64,000 nucleotides of DNA, taken from IMG/VR virus record IMGVR_UViG_3300010354_000047, positions 1 to 64,000 of that record. One strand, written 5' to 3'. Source of the stretch: a virus. A program made the translations under genes and the position numbers. Within the stretch, counting starts at the first letter, position 1. The number at the start of each line of letters is the position of its first letter. Shown here one piece after another: positions 27,370 to 37,428 of the stretch. The notes beneath the pieces are model-generated. The model worked only from the letters and a program-made list of their open reading frames with translations. It was not told the origin of the DNA and did not search any database.

Positions 27370-29394
27370 ATGGAAACACCTACCAACCTCGTCACGCAGC
27401 TGAAGGAAGACTACCTCAGCTACTCCATGGCTGTTCTAGTCGGAAGGAGCATTCCCGATCTGTACGACGGGTTGAAACCTGCTCAGAGAAGAATTCTTCA
27501 AACGATGTTTGAGGAGGGATTTCTTCCAAACAAGCCCTACGTGAAGTGTGCCCGTACAACCGGTCTCACAAGCGCATTCTACCATCCCCATGGGACCTGT
27601 TACGGTTCCTTGATTAACATGGCTACGCCATGGAACAACAATGTTCCCTGGATAGATTGCCATGGAAACATCGGAAGTTCTGTAGATAATCCGGCAGCTG
27701 AGAGGTACGTTGAAAACAGACTCCGGATTTCGGCCATCGACCTTCTTATGAAGGATCGAGAAGTCTGGGAAACTCGGTCCAACTACGACGGAAGCCGCCA
27801 GGAAGCAGTTCGCTTTAATAGTGCTATTCCAACTGTTCTGTTGAACGGGGACTCCGGAATCGCTGTAGGTTTTGCTACTCGTTTGGCCCCACACGGACTT
27901 CGCTCGATTGTGGAGTCTGTGAAACTTTTGTGTAAAGACTCTCCCGATAGTAAAAAGTATTCGGATAATCTAACAAAAGCTCGGGAAATCCTCCTGCCAG
28001 ATTTTCCAACAGGAACCCAGATCATTCGCGATGAGCAACTTAATCTTTACTCTCAGACTGGTAGCGGGAACATTCGCTGTCGGGCAATTGTTGCTGAGGG
28101 TGTACAAAAACGGAGCGGTAAAGCAAAAGATAGATCCACTCTGGCCTTTACTCATCTCCCTCCCGGAGCTAACCCTGAAAAGCTGGGTGAGCAAATTCGA
28201 AACGAAGTAGAGAAGGAAAGGATCACAGGAGTAGCAGAAGTTAACGATCTCTCAGACCAAACAGGGGATTGCCTCGAGATTGTCGCAAAACCCGGAACAA
28301 ACATTGAGGATCTAAAGAAACAGCTCTACGCATACACAGACCTTGAGTTGAGATACTCGGCTAAGACACTTGTAATCGATGGCGTCCGACCGGTTGAACT
28401 CTCCCCGGTTCAAATCATTGAGAGGTGGATTCGTTGGCGCCTCTCTCGTCTTCAGAGCAAGTTTCTCCACGAGCTTTCCCTTCGAAATTCTCGCCTTCAT
28501 ATTGTAGAAGGTTTGCTAAAGGCCATCAACAAGATGGACGAGATTATCAAGAAAATTCGCTCATCCGAGAGCAAGAAGGAAGCGAAGGAAAACCTGATGG
28601 GCAAACCGTTCTTGTTTTCCAGCGAACAAGCGGAAGCCATTCTCGAAATGCGCCTCCGTCAACTCACAAACCTTGACCAAAGCGAACTCTCTGAAGAAGC
28701 TGAAAAACTCCGAAGTAGGGTCGAAGAGCTGGAAAAACTTTCCCAGGATAACAAGGAGGGGGAACAAGCCCGAAAGTCCTACCTTGTGACTGAGGTGACA
28801 GAGCTAGGCAAACGCCACGGAGAGGCCCGCAGGAGCCCCCTGGTGGAGCCCCCCGCAAGCGAGGCCAACCTGGCCCCAGGTGAGCGAAAGAGAGCCCCTG
28901 CAGCTCCGACAAAGCCCCGGTTTCTGAAGGTGGACCTTAAGAAAGGTGTGGTGGAACAAGCGAAAGGCCCTCGTGGAGCGTTGGTAGTTGAAGCAAAGGA
29001 GAAAATTATCCTTATGACTTCAGATGGAACTCTAAAGAAAGTTGCTGCCAACTTTAAGGGGACAATTTCCACGAGCTACTCCCCTGTCACTCTTGCTAAA
29101 AAAGAGTCAGATGTTTCCTCTCGAAAGTATCTCGCAGTCTTCTCCCTCGACGGGCAAATGAAAGCAGTCACCATTTCAGGTGAAGACCTTTGCCGAGCAA
29201 CGAGTAAAGGTAAAAGGTGGATACCCGAGGGAGCGACTCTGATCCATTTCGGTGAAAACAGTTACACAGTAGAATGGGTGTCCAAGCGAAAGAAACCTTT
29301 GAAACTGGACCTCTCCGTAAAACCTGGAAAACCCGGAGCGAAAGGAATCAAGATTGCAAATCTATCTGACGTCACTCTGACATTGGCCGGGTAA
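27370..29394 (+). CDS. gyrA: Type IIA topoisomerase subunit A (GyrA/ParC-like)
   Basis: DGLKPAQRRIL, YHPHG, AAERY (catalytic Tyr), GIAVGFAT, PDFPTG, QAEAILEMRL; short degenerate C-terminal domain. Confidence 0.9.
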   Translation: METPTNLVTQLKEDYLSYSMAVLVGRSIPDLYDGLKPAQRRILQTMFEEGFLPNKPYVKCARTTGLTSAFYHPHGTCYGSLINMATPWNNNVPWIDCHGNIGSSVDNPAAERYVENRLRISAIDLLMKDREVWETRSNYDGSRQEAVRFNSAIPTVLLNGDSGIAVGFATRLAPHGLRSIVESVKLLCKDSPDSKKYSDNLTKAREILLPDFPTGTQIIRDEQLNLYSQTGSGNIRCRAIVAEGVQKRSGKAKDRSTLAFTHLPPGANPEKLGEQIRNEVEKERITGVAEVNDLSDQTGDCLEIVAKPGTNIEDLKKQLYAYTDLELRYSAKTLVIDGVRPVELSPVQIIERWIRWRLSRLQSKFLHELSLRNSRLHIVEGLLKAINKMDEIIKKIRSSESKKEAKENLMGKPFLFSSEQAEAILEMRLRQLTNLDQSELSEEAEKLRSRVEELEKLSQDNKEGEQARKSYLVTEVTELGKRHGEARRSPLVEPPASEANLAPGERKRAPAAPTKPRFLKVDLKKGVVEQAKGPRGALVVEAKEKIILMTSDGTLKKVAANFKGTISTSYSPVTLAKKESDVSSRKYLAVFSLDGQMKAVTISGEDLCRATSKGKRWIPEGATLIHFGENSYTVEWVSKRKKPLKLDLSVKPGKPGAKGIKIANLSDVTLTLAG

Positions 29395-29446
29395 AATACT
29401 CTCGGGTGCCTTTACTCCCTGGGTCCCCGAGCTAACGTAACAACAG

Positions 29447-31197
29447 TTGAAGAGAACTATGGTCCTAGTTTACCCAGTCTCCCGGTTACTTGCGAATCCG
29501 AGGCTCTTTTATATCATTTCAAACTACCTGGGGGGACTACCCGACGCTGAAACCTTACGGGATGCCTTCTACGACCTTCTAGAAGCTGAAGTGTGCGATT
29601 ACCCGGACGATGATATCACTTTTCAGGCTCAAGAAGTTTGTTTCGAGGTGGAAAACGAAGGGTTATCCTGCACAATACAGTTTGATACAGGGTCTACCCT
29701 TAAGTTAGAAGCCGTAGGAGGAGACTTTTCCAGTCAGATATCTTCTGATCAAGAGTTCGCCACCGCTTCTGCAATCCACCGTCAACTTATATCCGCTATT
29801 GAAGAGTCTCATCCAGAACTCAAAGATGACATCTCTCTTGAGCACCCTCCAACTCCAGGAAATAGTTTCCTCAGTTCCAAGGATGGTGAGCGATTTGAGG
29901 GATGTTTTCATTTGCGTTCCGATCCGAATAGGAAGTACTCCTTCACAGTCCTCATACTGGATCCCGTACACGATAAGTTCGAAGCCAAAATCCGACCAAT
30001 CTAACCAACTTTAATCACCATGATGGACAACGTAGTGTATGCAACGGACAGTCTTCGCTCGTCCGTTTCATCACTAAAGAAAAAACTTTCAAACCTTCGA
30101 GTGATCATTGAACAATTTGATTCAGAAATATCCAAGATAGACACTAAGTTTGAAAAACTTCTGACTCAGGTAGAGATTTACAAGAACAAGAGCAACCGGG
30201 AGGCGCAGAGGGAAGTTCGTAGGCTGCAGTTAGAACTTAGCAACCTCAAGAAAACTCTGAAACAGATCTCCCCTCCCGAAGGTGACAAGGATTCAACCGA
30301 GATGGAAATTGCTTCAACGATGGCCATCTTTGAGTGCATTCTGAGGCACATGTGTGAAGGGGCAGATGACGTTCGCCTAATGAGTTATGCTTATCTTTTT
30401 CCAGCTGTTTTTGAAAGGGTTGTAAAAGGTGATGACCCTGCCTATCTTCTAGAGAAGATTCCTACTTCCGCTGGTGTTGTGATCAATCGGGGAAAACAGT
30501 ATGTGAAGTTCATTCGGGAAAGTTGCTCTACCCACGTCACGGACTCCGAAGCTTGGGAAGAGTATATTGAACCCCTGGTTGATTGGTGGAGGAATGATGC
30601 CCTCCCCCTCATCTATGGGTCCAGGGATGACCAGTGGGATTGCGACGTTCCATTGTCCCTTGTGGAAATGCTAATCTGGAGAGACGAACCAGCGGAGCGA
30701 CCAATCCACTTTTCTCCGGTCTTCGATGCCTATGAGATATACCGCTCCAATAAGGACTTCATCTATGAGACGAGCGGAGTTCGCGCTCTTGACCTGAAAA
30801 TGTTCACCTACTCCAGCTCAGACCAAGACGAGGAAGCCCAGGGGTAAGTTACAATACCGAAAGATACAAGTCTATGGTCCCTCGAACTGTTCAGATGGCA
30901 AAAGAAATTGCCACCCAAATCGGACCGGTGGAAGTTGCCGAATACGGTAACATCATTGCTGAGCCGTACGGCGGCTGGAGCAACATCTACTCAAACTACT
31001 TCTTAGGGTCTGCGGGTTACGCTCCACCGGACACCCTTGGCCGCCCAGTGATGTTCAGTTACTACGTGCACAGTTGGTACGAGGGACAACCACGTTGGGC
31101 CCAACCCCCCAAAAGGCGTTTCCTAGAGGGACGGAGCGCTATACTGTTTCCAGTCGGTGACAGCTTTACCCCTCCACCCCTCAACAGCCTTAACTAA
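29447..31197 (+). other. Three hypothetical genes (29447-30004, 30020-30847, 30874-31197)
   Basis: Long + strand ORFs; late motif upstream of the first and third. Confidence 0.65.
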
Positions 31198-31223
31198 CAA
31201 ACCGAAATTAAAAATTCAACGAC

Positions 31224-34154
31224 ATGCGAACCAACGAACTCGGATATCCTGTCCTTTCTGAAGACCTCCATAAAAGGGTGTTCGGCCGAGAGAAAATGTC
31301 CTCTATGAGTGCTCCTCAGCTTAACAAGGCTAAGAAGCTTCTCGGAAAGTTTGGTATTCCAGTACCTGTAGATCACCCTGAGAACCTGTATGATGGCCCC
31401 CTGCCACTGCCGGATCTTAAGGGTGATTCTTTGCAAGAACACTTTGAAAAGATCGCCGAGGAGCAAATCGGCAGGTATAAGGACCTTGCAGATTCCTTTG
31501 CTCGGTGTGATCTCCCGAAGATCCCTGGAAACGGCGACTTTATCTATCAACCGGGCTGGACCAGGTACGAGTGGGTAGACGACCACTTTGAAACTGGAAA
31601 AGTTCCTTATCCTCTCGAAGAAGCATTCACATACGACACAGAAACTTTCGTGGAAGGCGGAGCTTTCCCGATTATCGGAACTGCCCTGAGTGAGAAAGCT
31701 GCATACGTGTGGCTTGCTTCTGAGCTTATTGACCCGACGATTCCTCAGGAGGATTGGGACCAAGGTGAGCTGATTCCGATCGGGGAGGGGAGGTTCGTTG
31801 CTGGTCATAACATCAGCTACGACCGAGTGAGAGCTCAAGAAGGGTATTCCCTGGAAAGAAACAAACCCGAAAACTTTTACTTCGACACCCTTTCAGCGCA
31901 CATCGGAGTTTCAGGTCTGGCCGCCGGTCAGCGATGGCTTTACGTTCTGGCAGCGAAAGACCCTGAGGAACTGTCCGAAGAGGAGAAGAGAAAACTTCGA
32001 TACGCCCCGAAGTGGCTTGATGAAGGCGCTACAAACAGCCTTCTCCAGTGTTACAATTTTCACGTGTACGAAGTCAGGAAGTACTTCGGGGACGACAAGG
32101 TTCGACCCCTTGACCAAGGAGACAAGAAAGTTCGAGATATCTTTGTAGACGCTACTCACATCTCACAAATTACGGCGGTTCTGGAAAGCGCAGTAGATTA
32201 CGCCATGAAGGACGCATTCTACACTGCGGAACTCTTTCAAGCCCTCTGGTTTAAGTATCTGGATAGCACACCTTCGATGGTCGGCCTCTGCGGTCACTAC
32301 CACTTGAACGGAAGCGTAGTTCCTCTTGTGGATAACTGGGAGGAGTGGATCAAAGAGGCAGAAAGGGTTTATCACGGTATGAACGACGAGATGACAGAAC
32401 TCTGCCGGAAACTCGTCTGGCAGACTTATGAATCCTGGAAAGAAGTCTTGGAGAGTTGTGAAGACAAAGAGGAGGGGCTGGAGAAGGCTAACCTTTGGTC
32501 TCTAAAGGACCCCTGGACTAGTCAACTTAACTGGAACGTTAAGTCTCGAAAAGGTGTCTATGCCTGGATTCCTGAATGGATGCGTCCATTTATTCGCGAT
32601 CCGAATCGTCACATCGGAGTTCGCTCCGAATTGGCGCATTTGCTCCTGAAGTTGAAGTACGAAGGGTCTCCGATTATTCTCACTTCCGATAAAGGTTGGT
32701 GCTATCATGATGAGACTGGTGAGCTGGTGAAAATCCCTCACCCGAAGGGGAATGGCGCAAATGTTGGAGGAGTTTTGTCGAAAGACTTTGTTCAAGACAT
32801 GGAAGTCGGTCGCCTCAGCAGCGACCTCCCTGAAGCCAAAAGAGCTCTTGACATCGCCAATGCAACAAGTTACTGGACCTCAGTGCGAAGCAGGGTAATG
32901 AGTCGCATTTTCTTGAAGGTCAACAACCCGCAAGGAAGCGACGCTTTCGTAACTCTCCCCGAGATTCTTTGCCACGGGACCGTCACTCGTCGAACTGTAG
33001 AAAGTCTGATGGCAACTATGTGCTCTACAAAGTCTTGGCGAGTCGGCACCGAGCTCAAGACGAGAATCCAGGCCCCGGAAGGCTGGAAGATCGTTAGCGC
33101 GGACTACGACGGTCAAGAACTTCAGATTGCTTCGATCTACAGTGACCGGTGGGAAGGCGGTTTTGTTGGCTGTTCCCCGATGGGTTACAACGTTCTCTCC
33201 GGAGCAAAGGAGAACGGTACGGACCCGCACACAAGCCTCGCTCGGGCTATTCTCCCGGAGCTGTACAAGGGTCTTGTATGGGATAAAAAGCTCGGTGTTT
33301 GCTACTCCTCTACGGAGCGACCCCTCTCTGAAGAAGGCTGGGTCTTGTCAGCTGGAACATGGCTCAACCCTGTAGATAAGGACAGGGATAATCTCTTAAA
33401 GAAGGCTCGTGACCTTAGTAAGATTGTGGGTTTCGCAACCCTTTATGGGGGAAGCGTCCGAGCATTAAGCACACCGATTCGTCGAACTTTTCCTGAAAAG
33501 AACGCAAAAGAAGTCAAAGACTTCGCCTTAAGAGTTCTTTCTACAAAGAAAGGGGTTTTGAGCAACGGAATCTATGTCGATGGTTCTGACTCCGGGGCGT
33601 TCAACCTGATGGAAGAGATCTCGATGCGAACTAAAGTTCCCCAACTCCCTTGTCTTGGAACGAAGATCTCAACGGCGATGCGTCCGGCGGCAGTCGGTAC
33701 AGACTTCAAAACCGGGAGGACGAACTGGACGATTCAGGCCTCTGGGGCTGAAATCCTTTCAATCACCCTCACAGCTGTGGCCTGGTTGGCCCAGGAGTAC
33801 AAGATCCCTTACAGATTCATCATTAGCATCCATGACGAACTACACTTTATGACCCCTGAGAAGTATGCAGAGCAGTTCTCCGTCCTTTTTCAGATTGCCC
33901 ATCTTTACACTTGGGCTCGTTTTCAGAGTGCTGTAAGGATTCCGGAGTTGCCCCTGAGCCGAGCCTTCTTCTCCTCCGTTGCGATTGATGACCGCCTTCG
34001 CAAGTCCCCCAAGGAATGCACGGTAACTCCTTCAAACCCACAAGGTAAAACCGAACCAAACGGGGTAGAACACTCCATGCAAGATCTCAGCGAGATCGGT
34101 GCAATTGACCGTCTAAAAATTCGTTACAACGCTATTCAAAACAATCTGATTTAA
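31224..34154 (+). CDS. Family A DNA polymerase, mitochondrial Pol-gamma-like
   Basis: Exo DTET, GHNISYDR, DTLSAH; GTVTRR...RVGTELK...QAP; motif A ADYDGQEL; motif B R...K...F...YG; motif C ISIHDE; AFFSSVAID. Confidence 0.93.
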   Translation: MRTNELGYPVLSEDLHKRVFGREKMSSMSAPQLNKAKKLLGKFGIPVPVDHPENLYDGPLPLPDLKGDSLQEHFEKIAEEQIGRYKDLADSFARCDLPKIPGNGDFIYQPGWTRYEWVDDHFETGKVPYPLEEAFTYDTETFVEGGAFPIIGTALSEKAAYVWLASELIDPTIPQEDWDQGELIPIGEGRFVAGHNISYDRVRAQEGYSLERNKPENFYFDTLSAHIGVSGLAAGQRWLYVLAAKDPEELSEEEKRKLRYAPKWLDEGATNSLLQCYNFHVYEVRKYFGDDKVRPLDQGDKKVRDIFVDATHISQITAVLESAVDYAMKDAFYTAELFQALWFKYLDSTPSMVGLCGHYHLNGSVVPLVDNWEEWIKEAERVYHGMNDEMTELCRKLVWQTYESWKEVLESCEDKEEGLEKANLWSLKDPWTSQLNWNVKSRKGVYAWIPEWMRPFIRDPNRHIGVRSELAHLLLKLKYEGSPIILTSDKGWCYHDETGELVKIPHPKGNGANVGGVLSKDFVQDMEVGRLSSDLPEAKRALDIANATSYWTSVRSRVMSRIFLKVNNPQGSDAFVTLPEILCHGTVTRRTVESLMATMCSTKSWRVGTELKTRIQAPEGWKIVSADYDGQELQIASIYSDRWEGGFVGCSPMGYNVLSGAKENGTDPHTSLARAILPELYKGLVWDKKLGVCYSSTERPLSEEGWVLSAGTWLNPVDKDRDNLLKKARDLSKIVGFATLYGGSVRALSTPIRRTFPEKNAKEVKDFALRVLSTKKGVLSNGIYVDGSDSGAFNLMEEISMRTKVPQLPCLGTKISTAMRPAAVGTDFKTGRTNWTIQASGAEILSITLTAVAWLAQEYKIPYRFIISIHDELHFMTPEKYAEQFSVLFQIAHLYTWARFQSAVRIPELPLSRAFFSSVAIDDRLRKSPKECTVTPSNPQGKTEPNGVEHSMQDLSEIGAIDRLKIRYNAIQNNLI

Positions 34155-34158
34155 GAAC

Positions 34159-35314
34159 ATGAGAGTCACAAGAAAAGTTAAAAAGCCTCGGGTTCAAAGT
34201 GTAATCATCGAGGTTTGTAAGACGAAAGTTGGGGCGTATTGGTGGCCCATTCCTTTTGACAAAAAGGATCGCTTCATCCCCTCCTCTGTAGATTGTCTCT
34301 ACAGCCAAGAGTACTTCGAGAAAAAGGAGGCTGTTCAAATGATGCTATCTTTGTGAGCCCATGGATGAAACATTGCAGTTCTTGCAAGAGAGGGACTACT
34401 TCCATTCTTGGATCGAGAGTGAGAATACGACGGCAGAAGATCTCGAACGGTATGCGCAAACTGGAAAAGTCCCAGTAAAAAAGAGCACAAAACCACGAGA
34501 TTTCAACCTTCCTCCTCCTGGAACTTTCTTTGAGGGGAGCATATGGTTTCACCCTGTTTCCTATCAGAAGTTTGTGTACAAAGGAGGAGCTTGGGAGGCT
34601 GAACCAATCTCATTTTCCTCTGAAGACGTCCGCTTGGCGGCCAAAGAGAAAGGGATCCATTCCTATTACAACTCTGTGACTCACCAATTTGTCTTCTCTA
34701 ACTTTCTAAGGGGGGAGTCTTTAACTGTTCCTCTTGAAGTTATAAAGGATTTGAAACACCGAAGTGATCTTGACGATTTCCTTTCTAGCCTGTTTTCGAG
34801 TGAAATATGAACTGTTCAAAGTCCAACCCTCTTTCTTGGAGGTTTTGCCCGAGCTGCAAAGTTAGCCTGGTGTCGGCCGAGATGTCTGAAGCGCTTAAGC
34901 ACACTTGTGAACCCGGTGCATTTCACTCCCGTTTACTTGGGGGAAGGGACCCTGACACTGGAACCATCGAGTACTGGAAGTGCCCAGACTGCTCTGAAGT
35001 TTTTTCTACGCTCGACAAACCAGTTGTCCACACCCTTTCCGACGTCTTTCTCCCGAACTCTTAAAAGTTCTTCAGACGCAATTAGACTTAAGTGAGTGAA
35101 AATGCCATTCCCACTCCCTCTTGATCCCACTTTTCGCAAGGAAGTTATCGAGTCCTGGTTGCAGGATGTCGAGGACCGAATTGAAATGGGGGACCTTGAG
35201 GGAGCAAAAGTAAGCTGGCATTTCGCCCAGGGTATCTACATATCCCTTCCCCCAGGTTTCGGTGACGGGGAAATCGAGTCAAAGCTTATGGAGCTAAGGG
35301 TAAAGTTTGAGTAG
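34159..35314 (+). other. Small hypothetical genes (34159-34356, 34361-34810, 34807-35064 Zn-ribbon, 35096-35314)
   Basis: Packed ORFs; CPSC...CPDC in 34807. Confidence 0.6.
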
Positions 35315-35333
35315 CATTGCTACTACGAAAACT

Positions 35334-35660
35334 ATGCGTTCAGTGACAACTACCGAAAGCTCCGCTGACAACTCAGGAGCAAAACCAAGCAACTTGAAAA
35401 CTTTTACTGCGACTCTCTCTGATGGTCGAGAGATTACCATTCGTGAGATGACTGGCCGAGACTTAATCTACATGGAAGAAGAGCTCGGAAAGTACGGTGA
35501 TACGCGTCAGAGTTTTTACCTCGTTGAACGGCTAAATGTTGGCCCGGACAAGATTACATTTGATGAAATCGCAGACATGACCGCTAAGGACTTGAAGATC
35601 ATTTCCGATTTGGTCAAGAAAGCCAATGATGGAGAAGAGGACGAGAATAACCCAAAATAA
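35334..35660 (+). CDS. Tail assembly chaperone (gpG-like)
   Basis: ITIREMTGRDL...DEIADMTAKDL; ends in slippery C CCA AAA TAA. Confidence 0.75.
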   Translation: MRSVTTTESSADNSGAKPSNLKTFTATLSDGREITIREMTGRDLIYMEEELGKYGDTRQSFYLVERLNVGPDKITFDEIADMTAKDLKIISDLVKKANDGEEDENNPK

Positions 35661-36076
35661 CGGCTCAGGACCTTGAAGACTTTTCTTACCTAGTTACGGT
35701 GGGTGGGTCAATTTCGGTCCACCTTAGGGAGGTGAAGCCAAAGGACTTCTTCTTCTACAGAGTTCTAGAAGATCGCAAGGAATCCACTCTGAAACTGATG
35801 ATTCGGTTGATTCAAAACCAAGAGGTGTTGGACCAGCTAACCTCTAGTCAGTTTCGAGATCTTGCGAATTGGATAGCCGATAATCTTCTCAACGAGAGCG
35901 TAATGTCTCCTGAAAACTGGATGGAAGTCGCTTTCCATCTTAATAAACAGAGATGGGACTCCGCAATCGACTGGTTAGAGAATCAACCCATGAGCAAGAT
36001 TAAGTTGATGATGGAAATCAACAAAAAGACCGCTGAAGACACCCAAAAGGAAATGAAGTCTCGAAGGAGGAAGTGA
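35657..36076 (+). CDS. -1 frameshift extension of the chaperone (gpGT-like)
   Basis: The -1 frame is open from the slippery site (ITAQDLEDFSY...) to 36076 with no separate strong start. Confidence 0.75.
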   Translation: MTAQDLEDFSYLVTVGGSISVHLREVKPKDFFFYRVLEDRKESTLKLMIRLIQNQEVLDQLTSSQFRDLANWIADNLLNESVMSPENWMEVAFHLNKQRWDSAIDWLENQPMSKIKLMMEINKKTAEDTQKEMKSRRRK

Positions 36077-36486
36077 TGTTTAAATTCAAAGTCAAAACCA
36101 ACTTCGGGGTAAAACCGTTCAACCTAAACTGGTGGGAGCCTACCAAAACAGAATGGGCACCTGTTCTACTCGATAGTAATCGCCCATACTGGAAAAACCA
36201 AACGGAAGCTGATGGCCGGGCATGGAAACCTTTAAGTGCAAAATACCGAGCCTGGAAGAATGGTAGATATGGCCCTCTCCCAATCCTTCGCATATCTGGA
36301 AGGATGCAAGATACTGCGAAAGTTCGAGCGGACTTACGCAACGATCGCTTCTACGTAGAAACTACAAAGGTAGGCCCTTACCACCAATTCGGAACGAGTA
36401 AAATGGCCGCCAGACCCTGGATGGGAGTTCCAGACTCCTCCCTTTCAAAACTCGCATCTATAGCTTGGAAAAACATTCTAAAGTAA
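36073..36486 (+). CDS. Phage virion morphogenesis/tail completion protein
   Basis: DGRAWKPLS..Y, IL..SG.M, YHQFGT.KM.ARPWMG. Confidence 0.85.
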   Translation: MMFKFKVKTNFGVKPFNLNWWEPTKTEWAPVLLDSNRPYWKNQTEADGRAWKPLSAKYRAWKNGRYGPLPILRISGRMQDTAKVRADLRNDRFYVETTKVGPYHQFGTSKMAARPWMGVPDSSLSKLASIAWKNILK

Positions 36487-36487
36487 C

Positions 36488-36967
36488 ATGGCAAAACGCA
36501 AATCACAAGAAAACGACCCTCAGTTTGAAGAGGGAGTAGAAGGTATGACTCCTTCCTTCGAGTCCCCTGACGAGGACCCAGCCGCCGAGGCCACCCTTGA
36601 GGCTCCTGCAGAACTCCCTGAGGAGGGTTTCTCCACCGTGGCCACCCCTGAGGTCGCCGCCACCGGAACCGAACCAGAGGCTCCAGAGGTCCCTGCAGAG
36701 GATCCTCATGCCCCGGTCACAGGGGAGCTTCATGTTCCCACAACGGCAGGAGTGAAGGATCCTCAGTCAAAAGAAGAAATTGGGGCGGCTATTCAAGAAA
36801 AACTTTTGAACCGTGATACAAGTGGGGAACCTGGATCTGAAGTCAATCTTCAGCAACTGCGAAATGAAGTTAAGCAAGTTGCTGAAAAGCTAGGATTCCC
36901 CTTGTCTCGCGGAACCGAGGCTGGTGCAGCCCTTATGGCTCGTGCCCGTAAAAGAAACGCCCGGTAA
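36488..36967 (+). CDS. Acidic low-complexity hypothetical protein
   Basis: E/P/A-rich ORF. Confidence 0.6.
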   Translation: MAKRKSQENDPQFEEGVEGMTPSFESPDEDPAAEATLEAPAELPEEGFSTVATPEVAATGTEPEAPEVPAEDPHAPVTGELHVPTTAGVKDPQSKEEIGAAIQEKLLNRDTSGEPGSEVNLQQLRNEVKQVAEKLGFPLSRGTEAGAALMARARKRNAR

Positions 36968-37329
36968 TGAACACTTTAGTCTTTCAACCCGGAATGACTT
37001 GGAGGAAGCTCGGTTATGGGCTTTACTCCGACTCCATGGCTTATCGGGAAGTTTTGGACCAGAACCCTAAATGGAGCGTCACAGAACTTCCCCCAGTTGG
37101 TACTGTTCTCTCTTCTCAAACGACTCCTTCTCTTTCAGGAATCTCTCAACAATCTTCGGTGTTTGGAAGGCCTACCGGACTTTCCTCTCTTGAGTACTAT
37201 CCGTTTGAAAGTGAGGGAAGCTACTACTCGGCACTTTCAAGGTATAGTCGAAATTCTTTGGCAGAAGTTGAAAGATTAAACGGCTGGACAATGGATAGTT
37301 CAGCTGCTTCCGGAGTGAATGAGGGGTAA
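36967..37329 (+). CDS. Tail X/LysM-like baseplate protein
   Basis: G.TW..L...LY.D...YREVL..NP...LP.GTVL. Confidence 0.6.
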   Translation: MNTLVFQPGMTWRKLGYGLYSDSMAYREVLDQNPKWSVTELPPVGTVLSSQTTPSLSGISQQSSVFGRPTGLSSLEYYPFESEGSYYSALSRYSRNSLAEVERLNGWTMDSSAASGVNEG

Positions 37330-37428
37330 AACTTCCTTGCAAACACCTAAACCTTTGGCCCACGGGCACCACCGTCGGAGTTATCCTCGCCGGCACAAAG
37401 GTAAGGAAAAGGAGGAATTTTACCCCAA

